64,000 bases of DNA from the NCBI GenBank assembly GCA_002633005.1, contig NMRA01000026.1:362408-426407 (forward strand), given 5' to 3'. Position numbers and translations under genes: made by a program. Shown one piece after another: positions 1 to 13,900 of this stretch (the first letter of the stretch is position 1; each line of letters opens with the position of its first letter). The notes beneath the pieces were generated by a model. It did no database searches. It was not told the DNA's origin and saw only the letters and a program-made list of their open reading frames with translations. The DNA is from Phoronis australis (taxonomy: Eukaryota > Animalia > Phoronida).

Positions 1-736
1 AATCCCGGTAGCAGCATGTGATATGGTGCGGGACAATTGTTTTTCGAAGTTCGGTTTACGCGCACAAAGGTCCATGCTCCTATAACGGAAGAAAACGAGT
101 TTTTACTTGAAACATAATTTTTGTTCATTTGTTTCACACATAGGTTGCTTCACCTGCAGGCAATTTAAAAAAAAGTGTTTACTGAAGTGTTTCGCACATA
201 GTTGCTGCAAGCATGCACCTAATCCATGATAGACAACTTCAAATGGGCCCAAATACAGATTACCTTACGAGTTTTTGTTCGACCGATCGCCATCTAGGCG
301 GCCGGTCGTCTAGCTGACTTGTCTGAGCAGGCAAGTCAGGCTGGCTTGGGGGCGTTAACTCGGACCCCATTGCGGTCGTCGCATGGGGCGGAAGGGACAC
401 GTGGCAAACCGTCACCACATGCACCCTGAGGCGTATTTTTATTTTTGCACATGCAGCAAAGCTACGTTTCATTGAAATCCCTGACGTAATTGTAGTCACT
501 TGTGCGGTCTGATGAGATTAGCTGACTGGAATCGGCTATTTTTCGACTGGTCAGACAAAAAATTGTGACATCTTTTGCTTGAAAGCGACGTTAGGAGTTT
601 TTTACTCTTAAAGTGACTCGAAGGCAGACAGAATATTTTAAGCCAACGGTAACCTGAAGTTATCGTTTCCATGGATTACGGAATTTCTTAGTGTTTGTCG
701 ATACCGACGCCCATTTTTCAGTGTTTTGTCTTGCAG

Positions 737-897
737 CACTAGTCACCCGTCAGGCGTATGAAGAGATCAAAATCTTCCGCGAGCAGGTCACACAATTGAC
801 TAATCAAGTCAGAGAAAGAGACGAAAAGATCAGAAGTCTAGAAGAAACGTTGGGGCGACAGCGCGGAAAGGAAATGACGATGTCTCGGCCGTCTTGA
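737..897 (+). CDS. Terminal coding exon of an upstream gene (coiled-coil C-terminus), identity unknown
   Basis: Pyrimidine tract + ttgcag acceptor ending at 736; frame (A)LVTRQAYEEIKIFREQVTQLTNQVRERDEKIRSLEETLGRQRGKEMTMSRPS-stop with a heptad, charged pattern. Confidence 0.55.
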
Positions 898-1392
898 CTC
901 TTCTCAGGCTGTGATTAACAAATGCTGATAGTTTGATCGTAGTTAGTCTATGGTTTAAGTTAGTGTGAACTCAGTACAGCTGTGAAAAGATCGTGTAATC
1001 CCGGACGACTAGGCCAGTGGGCCACATAAAATCCCAGGTGAGCAGACGACAAGTAGAATATGGCACGAGACTGATTGCTAAGAATAGAGAGATCACAACT
1101 ATCCTTCACGTTGTTTTGATTAGCTAACTGTTGATAAATACAAGATACTACCATACTGTCGGGGACATTGTTAGGACAAGTCAAGAGCGCGAACACATCA
1201 ATGCTAAGGAATCAACAAAAGCTCAAAGTTGATGTCAACTAGACAAGTGCATCAGCTGTCACAAAAGTACACAGTAACCTTTCCCGAAGGCAACAAATAG
1301 TGACCAAATAGTGACCGTGTTTTTACACATTTGAGGGATTCTAAATATCATTGACGGAGCTGAGAAATTTCAATTCATTTTATGGCTGATCA

Positions 1393-1544
1393 CAATGACG
1401 GATTTAGAGAGGGGGCCAAGCCCCGCCCCCTAAAATTCTCCCAGATTCCATTTGGCAGCACGGGGGTGCGAATGTCTGTCGGGCAAAATCCTGGCTAATA
1501 CTCTGCTCTGGCCCCCCTAACTCAAAATCCTGGATCCGCCCCTG
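1393..1544. mobile_element. ~150-bp MITE with CAG(T/G)GGCGGAT-type termini
   Basis: Ends caatgacggattt...atccgcccctg; a homologous inverted copy lies at 56895-57047. Confidence 0.65.
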
Positions 1545-3011
1545 GATCAAAGGTCGTAATACACGGAGACCATATTATTTCAATAGCTAGTTTAAAAGTA
1601 TATTTACATGCTTATGTAAAGCAGGAACTAAACGACAGTGCTATTTGAACATCATCTACTCTAAACAAAGTGCAGTTGAATGCCCCATTCATTGACAACT
1701 TGAAAATATGAAAACAAAAAATTCTGCAAATAAGTGACTTTTGCACTAATGACGTACCTTGGGGGGGGGCTCACATAGCCCGCATCATGCAGTGTTATTC
1801 TCCACCACCACCCCCACGATACTTACCAGATACGTTTGAGTGAATTACAGCGGATCACTTTCAACACAAAACTCGTTCTTAAAAATGGCAATGTTCAACC
1901 TACTTCATATTCACCTCATTATGTTGTGTTTCACCACTATTACAGCAGCGACACCACGAGGAGAATTCGTCGAATAGCCCCATTAGACCAAGCAATCAGA
2001 GATAAGGAATTAGCCTGGAAGTGATTCCTTTGTGTTATGTAAGAACCATCCAGGTCATAAGTACAAACAAAATCAGTCTTGCTCTTCAAAGATTTAATTT
2101 TCCATGACATTTTGATTACCAATTTAAATTTTTACATTTACAGAAGACAACTACCAATAAAGTTACTATTAACATCAAGTACACTTAATTGTGCAACCAT
2201 TAAAAGCTAGTACTTCACTCTACTGGGGGGACAAGCATAAGAAGTGTCAATGAACAGCAGTAAGACAACAGGGGCTCATGTCACAACGCCACACTAGCGA
2301 GACGCGGCAAGAAATATTGGCTTACGAATGGGAAACAGTGTGTAAACATTTAATTTCCACCCATAATTCAACATTCCAGCCTCACGGACCAGTTACTTCA
2401 ATGAAGCACGCAGCCTCGAGGTGCTGAAATGAGGGAGATCACACTTGCGTAGAGGTGGTATTTCTTATGGATTAGGTAAAAAAACACAGTTGGTTCCACT
2501 CTGAGTTTTTTTTGAAAATTAGCTGCTTACTTTCATCGTAAATCACTTTAATCACTTTATTACCCTTGCTCAAAAATAGGTGCTTATGTGAAAGTTTCAG
2601 AAAAACACACAAGACCTTGGCTGAAATTGCTGTAGGGCGGGCCTATTTTTTCTTTTTAATCGGTGAACCCAGGTCTCAAAATGAGTCAAGGTACAGACCA
2701 GAACCAACTGTGCCTTTTGGCCTCATCTCACATTTGCTGTTCAAACATGGAATCGAGTTCCAACTTTCAACCACCCTTCCCCATACCCTGGTCACAATAT
2801 TGAACACAATATTGAACACAAAATTGAACACAATAAATACACAAGGTGTATAATAAGCATGGACAGGACGAGAAATGGATGTATCGCCTTGTTATGTCCA
2901 TCTTTTAACACACCCTTTATGTTAGACAACACAAATTAAATACGAATACACACACATTCTTACAGTGCTCATACAATACAAGTAGGAAGTATTCAGATTA
3001 AATGACCCAGA

Positions 3012-3191
3012 ATTCCCTGTCATGACTGCTGGGCCAAAGCAAAGTTCACTGCAGAGTGCTCTTCCTCCATGACTGAGAATGAAGAGGAATTAGAAAAGTG
3101 ACTAAGCTATTCTGTAATTAGAATTTTGCTGTCCTAATAGTTATTACCAGTCAATTTTGCAGTTAATCAAATTAGCCGTCATGACCGGAAA
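3012..3191. repeat. Dispersed ~180-bp repeat/MITE with TTCCCGTCATGAC-like inverted ends
   Basis: Similar to 8436-8620; the same terminal motif forms a short hairpin at 5118-5158. Confidence 0.5.
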
Positions 3192-4037
3192 TCGGTATTT
3201 TGTCCCATTACTTTTGTATTGTATTGTATTACTATAAATGCATAAACACATCCTCAAACAACATGGACAACAGCAGCAAAGATCACATAAATTAACATAC
3301 TTTATATAAAGTTCTTCACACTATCATAAGGCGCCATGCCAACACTAAACAACAATTAACATTACCTATTTTGCTAACGACATTGGAAGTCCGGTGTAAT
3401 TATGCAAGATGAAGCTACAATCGGGCAACAATCACAGTACTCGTTTCAAATGACCAGTTACACACTTGATACCTCGGAAATTATAATTTCCCCCATCACC
3501 AAAATTCACTCTCAGAAGTTTCAGCTGCTGAATGTTTTCTACCTCTACACACCGGTAGATGAACTCCAAGAGGCATTGGACCCAATTTCTGATGGAAAAT
3601 ATCACTGAACAACAAAAATACAAACTCAGTCAAATGCAGGGATCATTTGTGTGAGTTACCCGCTACAAGGTCGTCAACATAATGCCACGTTACTAAGGGG
3701 ATTTCCTAGAAAACTCGACCTATGTCCAAATTCTTAGTGCATTTTTCTGCTTAAATAGTTACCCTGTAAAGTTGCATGTCAATGCTAACCCAGTGAATGG
3801 GGGTACTCTGCGACCAAAGCACAACAGTATGTGGCACCGGTAGAAGTGTGTAGGTGTACCTGTCGCTTGTGCCCACACCTAGACAGAGGGGGGTGTGGGA
3901 TCATTATCTGCTCCCCGGGTGGTGACAATCCTAGCTACACCACTGACCTGTACCTTGTTGACTCAAGGTACTGAAATGATTTACCCCAGACAGATCAGCT
4001 GTGCTCAACTGAAACATTCGTGCAATGCACTCAGACT

Positions 4038-4109
4038 GACCAATCACCTTCTGAGGACCAATCACATTCTGAGGACCAATCACCTTCTGAGGACCAATCA
4101 CCTTCTGAG
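4038..4109. repeat. 18-bp tandem repeat (gaccaatcaccttctgag) x4, in the presumed Mint 3' UTR
   Basis: Directly visible. Confidence 0.9.
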
Positions 4110-4899
4110 ACCTGTGCGCACACACATTCTGACTGACCAATAACTTTCTGAGGCCTTGGTTGCTGAACAACAAGATTTAGAAGACCAAGACAAAATCAGC
4201 AGTACAGATGATCAGCACAACTAATTTGTATACAAATTTGTGTCACTGCTAATTCAAATTACATATTCCTTGCTCCGTAACAAATCCTGTGACTGCTGAT
4301 TTCCGTCTATGTTCAACTCAATGTAAAATTCAATGTCACTCTTGAACTTGTAAGTGTTCACGTGTTGTTAACTTGAGGCTTTACCATGACCTTCACAGAA
4401 CCAAACAGCAGGCTCTAGAAACGACTAAGTAGACTGTACGTCCTATTCATTCCAACACTTTCTTGATTAGATCACGTACACTGCTAAGTTGCCTCCTCGT
4501 CGTTGCATTTGAGGGCGCGCACTTAACGGCAGACAATTGTGGCAGGTAATGAGGGCTTAGGAAAAGGAAATAGCACGTTTCTATGGATTTTTTTCCATAA
4601 CTCAACATTCCAGTCTCGTCAACCAATCACATCAGTGGCGACCACTTAGAGTAATTTTATGCTTCCAATGTTGTGAGTACCGTATAATTGCGAAGCATTC
4701 GACTTTCACACGCGTATTCGTGCGTAATCGTGTCTTACAGAACGCTTCCCTGATTGATGGAGGGACTATTTATTACTTTGGTTTTAGTACAATCTACACA
4801 GAACCAGCTTCATCACAGTAGGCGTTAGAAGCGACTGTGTAGGCCGAACCTTCTTCTCCTTGATACTGCTCCCTGGCTAATAGTATCATTGCACATAGT

Positions 4900-4971
4900 T
4901 CATATGTAATGCGGAACCTCTTGACCTGTGAGTAGTCTATAGATGGATGTTGGCATAGTCTTCATGTGGAT
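4900..4971 (-). CDS. APBA1: Mint last coding exon (end of PDZ2 and C-terminal tail)
   Basis: ttttag|[26 protein letters not shown]. Confidence 0.93.
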   Translation of the reverse strand: MHMKTMPTSIYRLLTGQEVPHYI

Positions 4972-7900
4972 CTAAAACAATGGTAATAGCAATGTCGTTT
5001 ACTGTCAGTAACTATACTATCCCAGAAAAAGATACCACAGAAATACAGATTTTTGGCAATAACACACAAAATCCGAACTAGAAAATTGAGTTTTCACTTT
5101 GTTAGCTTTGCGTTGATTTCCCAGTTATGACGACTGTTGTCAGTTGTCATGATGGGAACCCCTGTGTATTTTGTCTAATTACTGTGTAGCCGTCTATTGT
5201 AGTAAACTAGCTCAGGAGGTTCAGAGACAAGGTTGACATCAGTGATCACACGCTGCGACAAAAGTTGAACAGTACATGAACATCTGCTGACAATTTTTGG
5301 TGTCAAGACACCTGGAAACTGATTAGTAGACGTTCAGTGTCAGCTGTAATGCTGATCTACATTTTGCTTTAAATTTCCAAGGTTAGGGGATTTTAAGCAT
5401 TCGGAAAACGACCCCGTGACGCAAATCTCCTTCTCAAACGTCCGAGCCCATAGTAACAACTTGATGAAACTGACTGGGAATGCTCCGACTTGACAGCATC
5501 ACGCATAAGCCACGATAAGAGATATTCGAAAGTGTCTATGTTTGTTTTTGTTCAAATACTTGACAGAATGTCCCACTTGTCCGACATATTGTGTTGAAAG
5601 TAACTGAAGGATTTCCACAGTAATGTTTCTTAGTTTCAAAGAGGAAGGTCAAATTAAGCAGGCAGTCACCAGTTCAACTTAAACAATTATAAATCTTCAG
5701 ATTGGGATGCAATATGCCATGATTTCGTCAAGTAGTTACTTACTCCTGCTGGCACAGTTTGTCACCAAAAAAACAGTTGGTTAATTCTTGAGAATTTGTA
5801 GCAATGCAATAAGCCTTTGAAAAAAGAATGACAATTAATTTTTTCTCAAACTGAACTTTTTAACATTTAATTCAAAAAGGCATAAAGACATTATACAATG
5901 GCTTACCTCCCCAACAGAATTAGCCAGCATCGATACTATTTTCTCGTGTGGCACTGCGACGACACTGCTACCATTGATTTCAATAATACGATGACCCACC
6001 CTGACACCACCCCTTTCAGCAATACCGCCACGCAGCAAACTGCAAATCTGAAATGTGGAACAAAAAAGTTAGAACAGCAAATGTCACATGACTGTTAAAG
6101 CAGTTGCAAGGTATTGACCATCTTACGGATAATGAAAACCACATCAAAGAGCATAGACTTATAGCAATCCAGAATTGAGTTAGTCACGGAAGCGATCGTC
6201 AGGTCGGTCAGCCGGCAGTTGATATTGTCTGAAGCTACTTGTTTACTCCTATATTAATGATACCTATGATGAGCTGAACTATTGACAGCTTAAAATGCTG
6301 GTAAAATGAAATAAGTTCTACAGAACACATGGCTATGTCAATTGGCAGTGCTACTTTAAATGACCGATATTCCACAATACTTTGTCTATATGAAACAAGG
6401 TCAATGTTCTGGGGTCGAAAACAAATTTGTTGGACAGGCTTATTTGCTCTTCCAAAGCAACGTTCACCGTGTACTCAGCGAATACAAAAACATGCCATGA
6501 AAAGCCAACTTGCTGAGCCTGGCTCAAGCAATAACGAAAGCCAACTTGTAGAAATTGGCTCAAGCAATAACGAACTGTCAGTTCTTTAAAAGCACAGAAA
6601 TCACACCTACTTTGACTAAGGAACAACTTACGACCTATTTTGTAACAGAAGTGGTCTAAATCAAAACTTGTTTTTGGTACCATAATTGGTTTCTGGCCAC
6701 TTTAACTTAGAATTTCAATGTTGGGCAAAAAGTTTCAAACAGTACAAGAATCCCTGTGAGCACTAAGGATGGATAAAGAAATACGGCGAGTAAAACTGAA
6801 GTAAAAACAGACAAGGTACAGGGATATGAACAAACATGTCTCTTACCACTCCATTTTGGACACTGAAGCCCAGCTGATACTTTGTATCTGGCCTCTTGAC
6901 TAGTACTTCCACTACGGGTGGACACGACACTACATTCAACTTGACCACACTTTGACCTTTCACTGTCTGAAATAAGTGAAAAAGCAGTGGAAACTGTTAT
7001 GCACAATTTAGCAAGAACACACTGCTATCTCAGATTTCAGTTCCATTTTTTGTCCGAATCCAACTTTAAATTTTCGAAAAAATCATAAAATTCTGGATGT
7101 TACACAAATATTTGATACTCCAGTTCATATACTAGTACAGTACCGTTGTATATTCAGAGCACAGTGGAAGTAAGTACTCACTTTCCCACAAATAACACCA
7201 TTTGAACATTATTTCAATGAGTTTAAGTTGGATAGCTGATTACCGTCAGATCTATAACCGCGCTTTTCTTTCTGTGCATTAGCAAGAGTTTATTGCACTA
7301 ATAGCTTGCGTGTGTTTAACAGACTATAACGCATGTCTGATTATTCACATATCATTCACTAAACCTTAAATATCTGATAAGTAATCGCTACAAGTCAGTC
7401 ACGCAGTCACTACGCCATAAACACGATTACAATGAGCCGTTTTCCAGAAGGTGTCTTCTACAGACACAAGAATCTTGCAAAGCCTAACTACAGTAACTGA
7501 GCAAATTGGCAGCCACTCAAGTGATTGGCTGGTGAGGTTGAAATGTTGCATTGTGGGATAGAGGTTCCATAAGTTAAGGTTCCTAGCCAGAACGCTGCTC
7601 AGTTTTTAAAGAATAATTTCTACCATGACGGTTACTAACCAAATTGAATTACGATATTGTCGCAAGTCACGACATAGTCCTACATCAAATCAGCAAGTCA
7701 CCCACCTTGATCTGGGCTTGGCACGATGAGAGTGGTAGTCCCACCAGACTGACCCCGTTCACCGAGATGATCTGGTCACCTATGTTGAGCTGGCCGCAAC
7801 GGGCGGCTGCCCCTATGGGCGACATATTGGCCAGCACCACTGTTGGAACCATGGAACCCCAGCCAGACTCCACTATTACCACGCCCAGGGGTTCTCCTTT

Positions 7901-10900
7901 GGTTTTGGGTACAATTACCTGCAATACACGATGATACAATGGAATGTGTTCGACAAGGCATGAATCTTGCAATCTCAGCGTTAATAGTATCTGGCAAGCA
8001 AGCATGCAACTATACTAGCTAAAAAATAGCCACAACTGAAATTGACTAGGTCACCACATTCATGTGAAGGAAGTTTTATCCCAATTCCAACACAGAAAAA
8101 AAGACACCTCTCCTGCTTGAGAAATGTCTTACACATTGGTTTGGAAAAATATCACGTATACCGTCAAGACTCAAAAAAGAACATTTCCCCTCTTCGGAAG
8201 ATGTAGCTTACAGCCCCTTCAAATTAAAAACATCTTTTATTTTGGAGACTGTGAAGATGAAAAAGTCGGTAGAAGACGGTCCACTTTGGCTCCTTTATGT
8301 TTTGAATACTATCCTAAAATTTGATATTAGATCACATGCGCGCGTGTGTGCATGCGTATGTGTCAAATTAATCGTGCATTCCTTCATAAACATTTGTCGG
8401 CGTAAAAATACAGTACAAGCCAGAAGCCTAGAAGTACCCATCACGACAGTTGGGAAGAAGCCGAATTCGTTGTCAGAGTAGTCTCCCATGATGACTGAGA
8501 GGGGAATTAACAGGAAAGTTAGTGAGGTGGATAAGCCACGTTGTAATTAGCATTTTGCCGCCATTAAAGTTATTAGCAGTCATTTTTGCTGTGAACAGAA
8601 TTAGTCGTCATGACGGGAAAACCATATTATGTACGATTTCTTTTGTCGTGTACTGTAAGTCAATATGACACCAACTGTATCTCACCTCCTTCTCTGCCTC
8701 TTTGTTGGCAAACAGATTAAGCTCCTCTCCAAATATTTCCTGCTGATTGAGCACATCTTCATAGTTGACCTCCTTCAGCAGACCCGGGTCCTCTATCCCA
8801 TTGGCTTTCAGAAACTCCATGTACGCCACCTGGAAGGCCTGGCCAATAGACTGCGCCACCAGCTGTGCCTGTTAACAACAAAAGGACAGTTACTAACTGC
8901 AGCACTCAGGAGGTGCTCTGATGACATCTATTCAGCGTATTGTATCTTGGTGCATCAACAACAAAAAATCCGTGGCATGAAGGTTCATTATCACGCACTG
9001 CCACAGAAACCTGTTGCCATTGTAGTTACCTATATAGTATTCAATTGCCACCACAGAGACCACCTTCGGTACATGCAAGACATTCGTGAGACAGTTGTGG
9101 CGAGAAACCTTGGCTTATGGACAGGAACTAATATTTTTACGAACAGTCAACTCCCGTAATTTCACAACCCAGCCTCGCTGACCAATCACTCACTTGCAGC
9201 CATTTTGTTAATATACACGGGCAAGGTTCCCAGTTTACATTTGCCTTTTGCTTGTGTGATTTTGCATGGCCTTGCACGAGTTCCCTTTCTCGCAAAACAC
9301 TTGCATAGCGGGATGCAACTCAGGGTCAAGTTCACTAATGCTAGTGTCTCGCTAGAGAAACAAGACCTCGCGAGATCCTGCAAGATATTCTTGTGTATTG
9401 GAGAGCATGTGTTTTGAGCTAAATTTTACTCGCCAAGAGACAGTTATGGAACTCGACTCAGGACAATCTCGGAAGCTAAACTCTTTAACTAAACATAACT
9501 ATCCTAAAACTAAATCCAAAATCTCTATGAGTCAGAATGTTATGAATCGAGCATTAGTTCAAAGTTAACAGAAACCAGGGTCGAGTTTCATAGGTGCAAG
9601 AATCTCGCAAAAGGAAGCTAGTGTGATCACGTACTTCACGCATATTCTTGTGTTTTCGCGAGATTCTCACCTCTACAGAACGTATGCTAGCTTTTGCTAC
9701 CGACTTCAGTCACAAAGTTATTATGAAGTGCATACTACAGGCGCCACCTATGGGCAAATATGTCATCATTATTAAGTTATGTTAAAATACTTACAATACA
9801 TAGCTATTAACAACCTGTGCCTTTGATGGCTATCTTATGTAATTTTGTAATAATTTCATATCATCAAAATTTGAAAATAAACTATCATGTTTCTCTCTAA
9901 TAGATAAAAAATCTGATTATCATCATTTTTGGCCATAACATGTTTATCATCAATTTTTTCCTCAAGAAAAATCTGATGCCACAAAATTTCATCTGCAACA
10001 CATGCCAAAACACAACAAAACAAATGGCTCACTTCTTCCGTTTCAAACACGTGGCAGATAATCTTTGTTTGTCTCTTCTGAGTGCCGCTCTCTGTAGTGG
10101 AGGTGGTGGTTCGCCGACGCGCCATGATGACCACAATATCCTGGATGTCGGCGATGTATGAAATGGTACGGAGCGCATGGTCCATCATAATCTCCTAGCA
10201 ATACAACACGATGAGTGAGAACAAGTTTAACGCTATGAATAGAGTAGGTACCCTAAATAGTCGTCTGGTCACATCAATAGACCTAGTAATCACAAGTCTG
10301 AAAATACTGATGCCCAAACTGGGGCTCAAACTTGCGACCGTCTATAATCCATGTCGAAGCTTTACTCCACTGAATCACAGGGGCCACCGGTTGAATACAG
10401 AAATCCAACCAGGCTAGTATTTTGAAAGACGTCAAGTCCATGTTGTTAGATATTTGCAAATATGAATAATTANAAATAAACTATCATGTTTCTCTCTAAT
10501 AGATAAAAAATCAGATTATCTTCATTTTTGGCCATAACATGTTTATCATCAATTTTTTCCTAAAGAAAAATCTGATGCCACAAAATTTCATCTGCAACAC
10601 ATGCCAAAACACAACGAAACAAATGGCTCACTTCTTCCGTTTCAAACACATGGCAGATAATCTTTGTTTGTCTCTTCTGAGTCCCGCTCTCTGTAGTGGA
10701 GGTGGTGGTTCGCCGACGCGCCATGATGACCACAATATCCTGGATGTCGGCGATGTATGAAATGGTACGGAGCGCATGGTCCATCATAATCTCCTAGCAA
10801 TACAACACGATGAGTGAGAACAAGTTTAACGCTATGAATAGAGTAGGTACCCTAAATAGTCGTCTGGTCACATCAATAGACCTAGTAATCACAAGTCTGA

Positions 10901-13900
10901 AAATACTGATGCCCAAACTGGGGCTCAAACTTGCGACCATCTATAATCCATGTCGAAGCTTTACTCCACTGAATCACAGGGGCCACCGGTTGAATACAGA
11001 AATCCAACCAGGCTAGTATTTTGAAAGACGTCAAGTCCATGTTGTTAGATATTTGCAAATATGAATAATTACTAATATTTACAAGCACAAAGTTACTTTA
11101 GTTTGAAGAAAACAACGGGACGTCCCAGAGTAATAATCCTGTTACTTAAAAAGTGCTCATACCTTTAATGAACGATGAACACTTTCAGAATATCCTGAAA
11201 ATGTTGGGAGGAAATCATCAACAGCAATAAGAAAATCAACCATTTTTATAATTTTCCTTTTGCGGAGGGGCCTGTACGTTTCGAATGTCTTTATAAAAGA
11301 AGACGTTTCAACAGGATGGCTTTACTCACTTGAAGGTTGGTATTGAGCACCATAATCTTCTCTGTGGATACGAACAGGTCCACATCTGTACTGGGCTGGG
11401 ACTCGCCTTCAGGTGCCTAAACAGACGAAGGGTAAAGTGGGGTGAAAACAATGGTTTATACTGGAACTGGACAAAAGGGGAAGTGGGATAAACATGGTGG
11501 CACATACTAGACTTAGAAAAAAATGGGAAAATGTATTGAATACAGTGGCTCCTACTGGTGTTGAAGCAAACAGAGGAAAATGGGGGCCCATCATGGGCTT
11601 GGACAGAAAAGGAAAGTGGGGCAAAAAGGAAAGTACACACTAGGCTAGAACAGAATGGAAAGTGGATAAACATGGGGGAGTCACAAACTAGACTTGGAAC
11701 TTTAGGGGAAAGTGGGAGAAGCAAGGTTCAAAATGGGCTTGGAAAGAAAAGGAACGTGAGGTGAACGAGATAGCGCATAATGAGCCAGAACAGATGATTA
11801 GAGAAAGTAGGACATACAAGATAGCTCATACTGGACCAGAAGAGAAAGTGGGACAAACAAGATAGCTCATACTGGACCAGAAGAGAAAGTGGGACAAACA
11901 AGATAGCTACAAACAAGATAGCTCATACTGGACCAGAAGAGAAAGTGGGACAAACAAGGTAGCTCATACTGGACCAAAAGAGAAGAGACAGTATGGTGAA
12001 CAGGACGGTTTATACTAGACTAGAAGAGAATTAAGTGGACAGAACAGAATATTTGATATCGTGTTGAAACAGAAGCGAGATTAGAATAATAGCTAATGTT
12101 GAACCCTTCAGCCACGCTCTCTCCTAAAATTTCTCTCCATGCTCGAATTAACATGTAAATGTTATTTTGTACAATTCAATATATTGGCAGACCATACACA
12201 TTGCACAATACTAAATTACAAATCATTTCATGTTCAAGAAACGGCTGCTGGCTAGGTAATTTTTGAGGTGAATTAAAACCAATCTGTATGTAGTGTTGAA
12301 CACTGACAGTCATTCTGTTGCCTCAAAGCAAATGAACTCTACACAATAAGTCTGTCTACCACTGAACAAAGAACGTTTGAAAAACAATTTCTAAAACTAG
12401 AATCCAAGTCAAACGTAGTCGCAAGCCATATGAATATTTACGTTTCGTTATCTGAACAATGGGTAAAATATAAGACAAACCCCTTTCAGAACAGTTTAGA
12501 GTAAGGGGAGATAATACAAATCACAGATGACTTTAATCTAATTAAATTTCAATGACGAAAATCAAATCTTAAAAGAACCATAGTTTTTCGAATAATTACA
12601 TATGCTTTATGGCCAGTCACAACCGAGGAATCAAACTTAGGAGCTCCAAAAGAGTAGCTGGGCTAAGCTATCAAAACCAGGTCAGCAACCGCCAACCAAG
12701 CCTATGTAATCAGGAAAAAATACAGTGATTTCCAGAAAGAATTTTTATCATTGGATGCTCTTGCACTGTAACCAATTACATGTTGGGTGATGTTCACTGC
12801 ATTATCAAATACAATTCATAAACAATAACAATTTAACATGCACACCAAAAGCGTTCTTGGCAGAAATTATGCAAATGACACAAAATAGAAAATTAATATT
12901 TTGACATAAAGCTGCCCGGTATAAGAACACAGGACTCATTTTGAGTTGGTGAATAAAATATTGTGCACCCATGAGTCATTATACATTAATATTGAAATTG
13001 TCATTCAGATGTACAATGGACAATCTTCAACCATTTTGAAAAACAAAAATCACTTTGGCTATTATATGTTTCTTATCAAAATACTGATTGACAAGTGAAT
13101 TTAGCCATATAAAGCACAGAAAACAGTTTATTATATACAGCAATACAAAGCATAGAACTGCGCCCACAACTGCACTGCTAACAGGGTGTCATTATTACAA
13201 AAACTGCACCCAAACTGCACCGCTAACAGGTTGTTATTACAAAGAGCAATGATGTATGAAATGACAGAGTGCTTAGGTGAAGAAAAAAAATTCATCTGGA
13301 ACCATAAAGTGATGAAATTGCCAACATTTCCCGACAAGATTACGACTCTCAAATAATGCAGGTTGGTTTTGCCACAATCTTCTTGTTTGAAACATGGCGG
13401 GACTACAAATTTGTCTTTCAAGTACTTTGAGACACAGGAAATTCAAATTCACAAGGAGCCCATCACAGAAGAAAAGGCTGACCACGTGTATTTGGGTGCA
13501 AAATGTAATCAAATCAATCGCCCTAAATCCGTCAACTCAGAGTCGCTGTTGGTGACAGAATCCTACAGCCACACTGATACTCTTGCTGACCTAACATAAT
13601 GAACAGTGAAGCTGAGAACAAAATACAATCGAAACGATGTTAAACGCCCGAGTGTTCATGCATTGGTTACAGGAGAAGGAACAGGACACACAGTGGGGAG
13701 AAAATGAAGATAGTGACACGTGTTGCACATGGCTCATTATAACACAAACGGGCATACCTCAAACACATAGTGATCGTCATCAACCTTTAAATAATGCTGC
13801 CAACCAAAAACAAACATAACTAGGTCAACAAATGTAACTAGGTCAACAGGTTTCTAAAAGTAAACACTACGTAACGATACACGTTTGATAATAAGTGGGC

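Larger units (their letters stand above)
9875..11071. repeat. 598-bp tandem duplication (9875-10472 / 10474-11071) separated by a single N
   Basis: Near-identical copies, N at the junction. Confidence 0.9.

Noticed and set aside
505-548. CTGATGAG followed by a stem, resembling a hammerhead
   Set aside because: No GAAA box after the stem
8665-9159. 164-aa plus-strand ORF and similar antisense ORFs (39248-39739, 50448-50870)
   Set aside because: Antisense shadows of real exons with no independent coding signal
13567-13590. Possible 24-nt exon VSKSISVA in the PTB intron
   Set aside because: Weak donor (T|gtagga); could easily arise by chance
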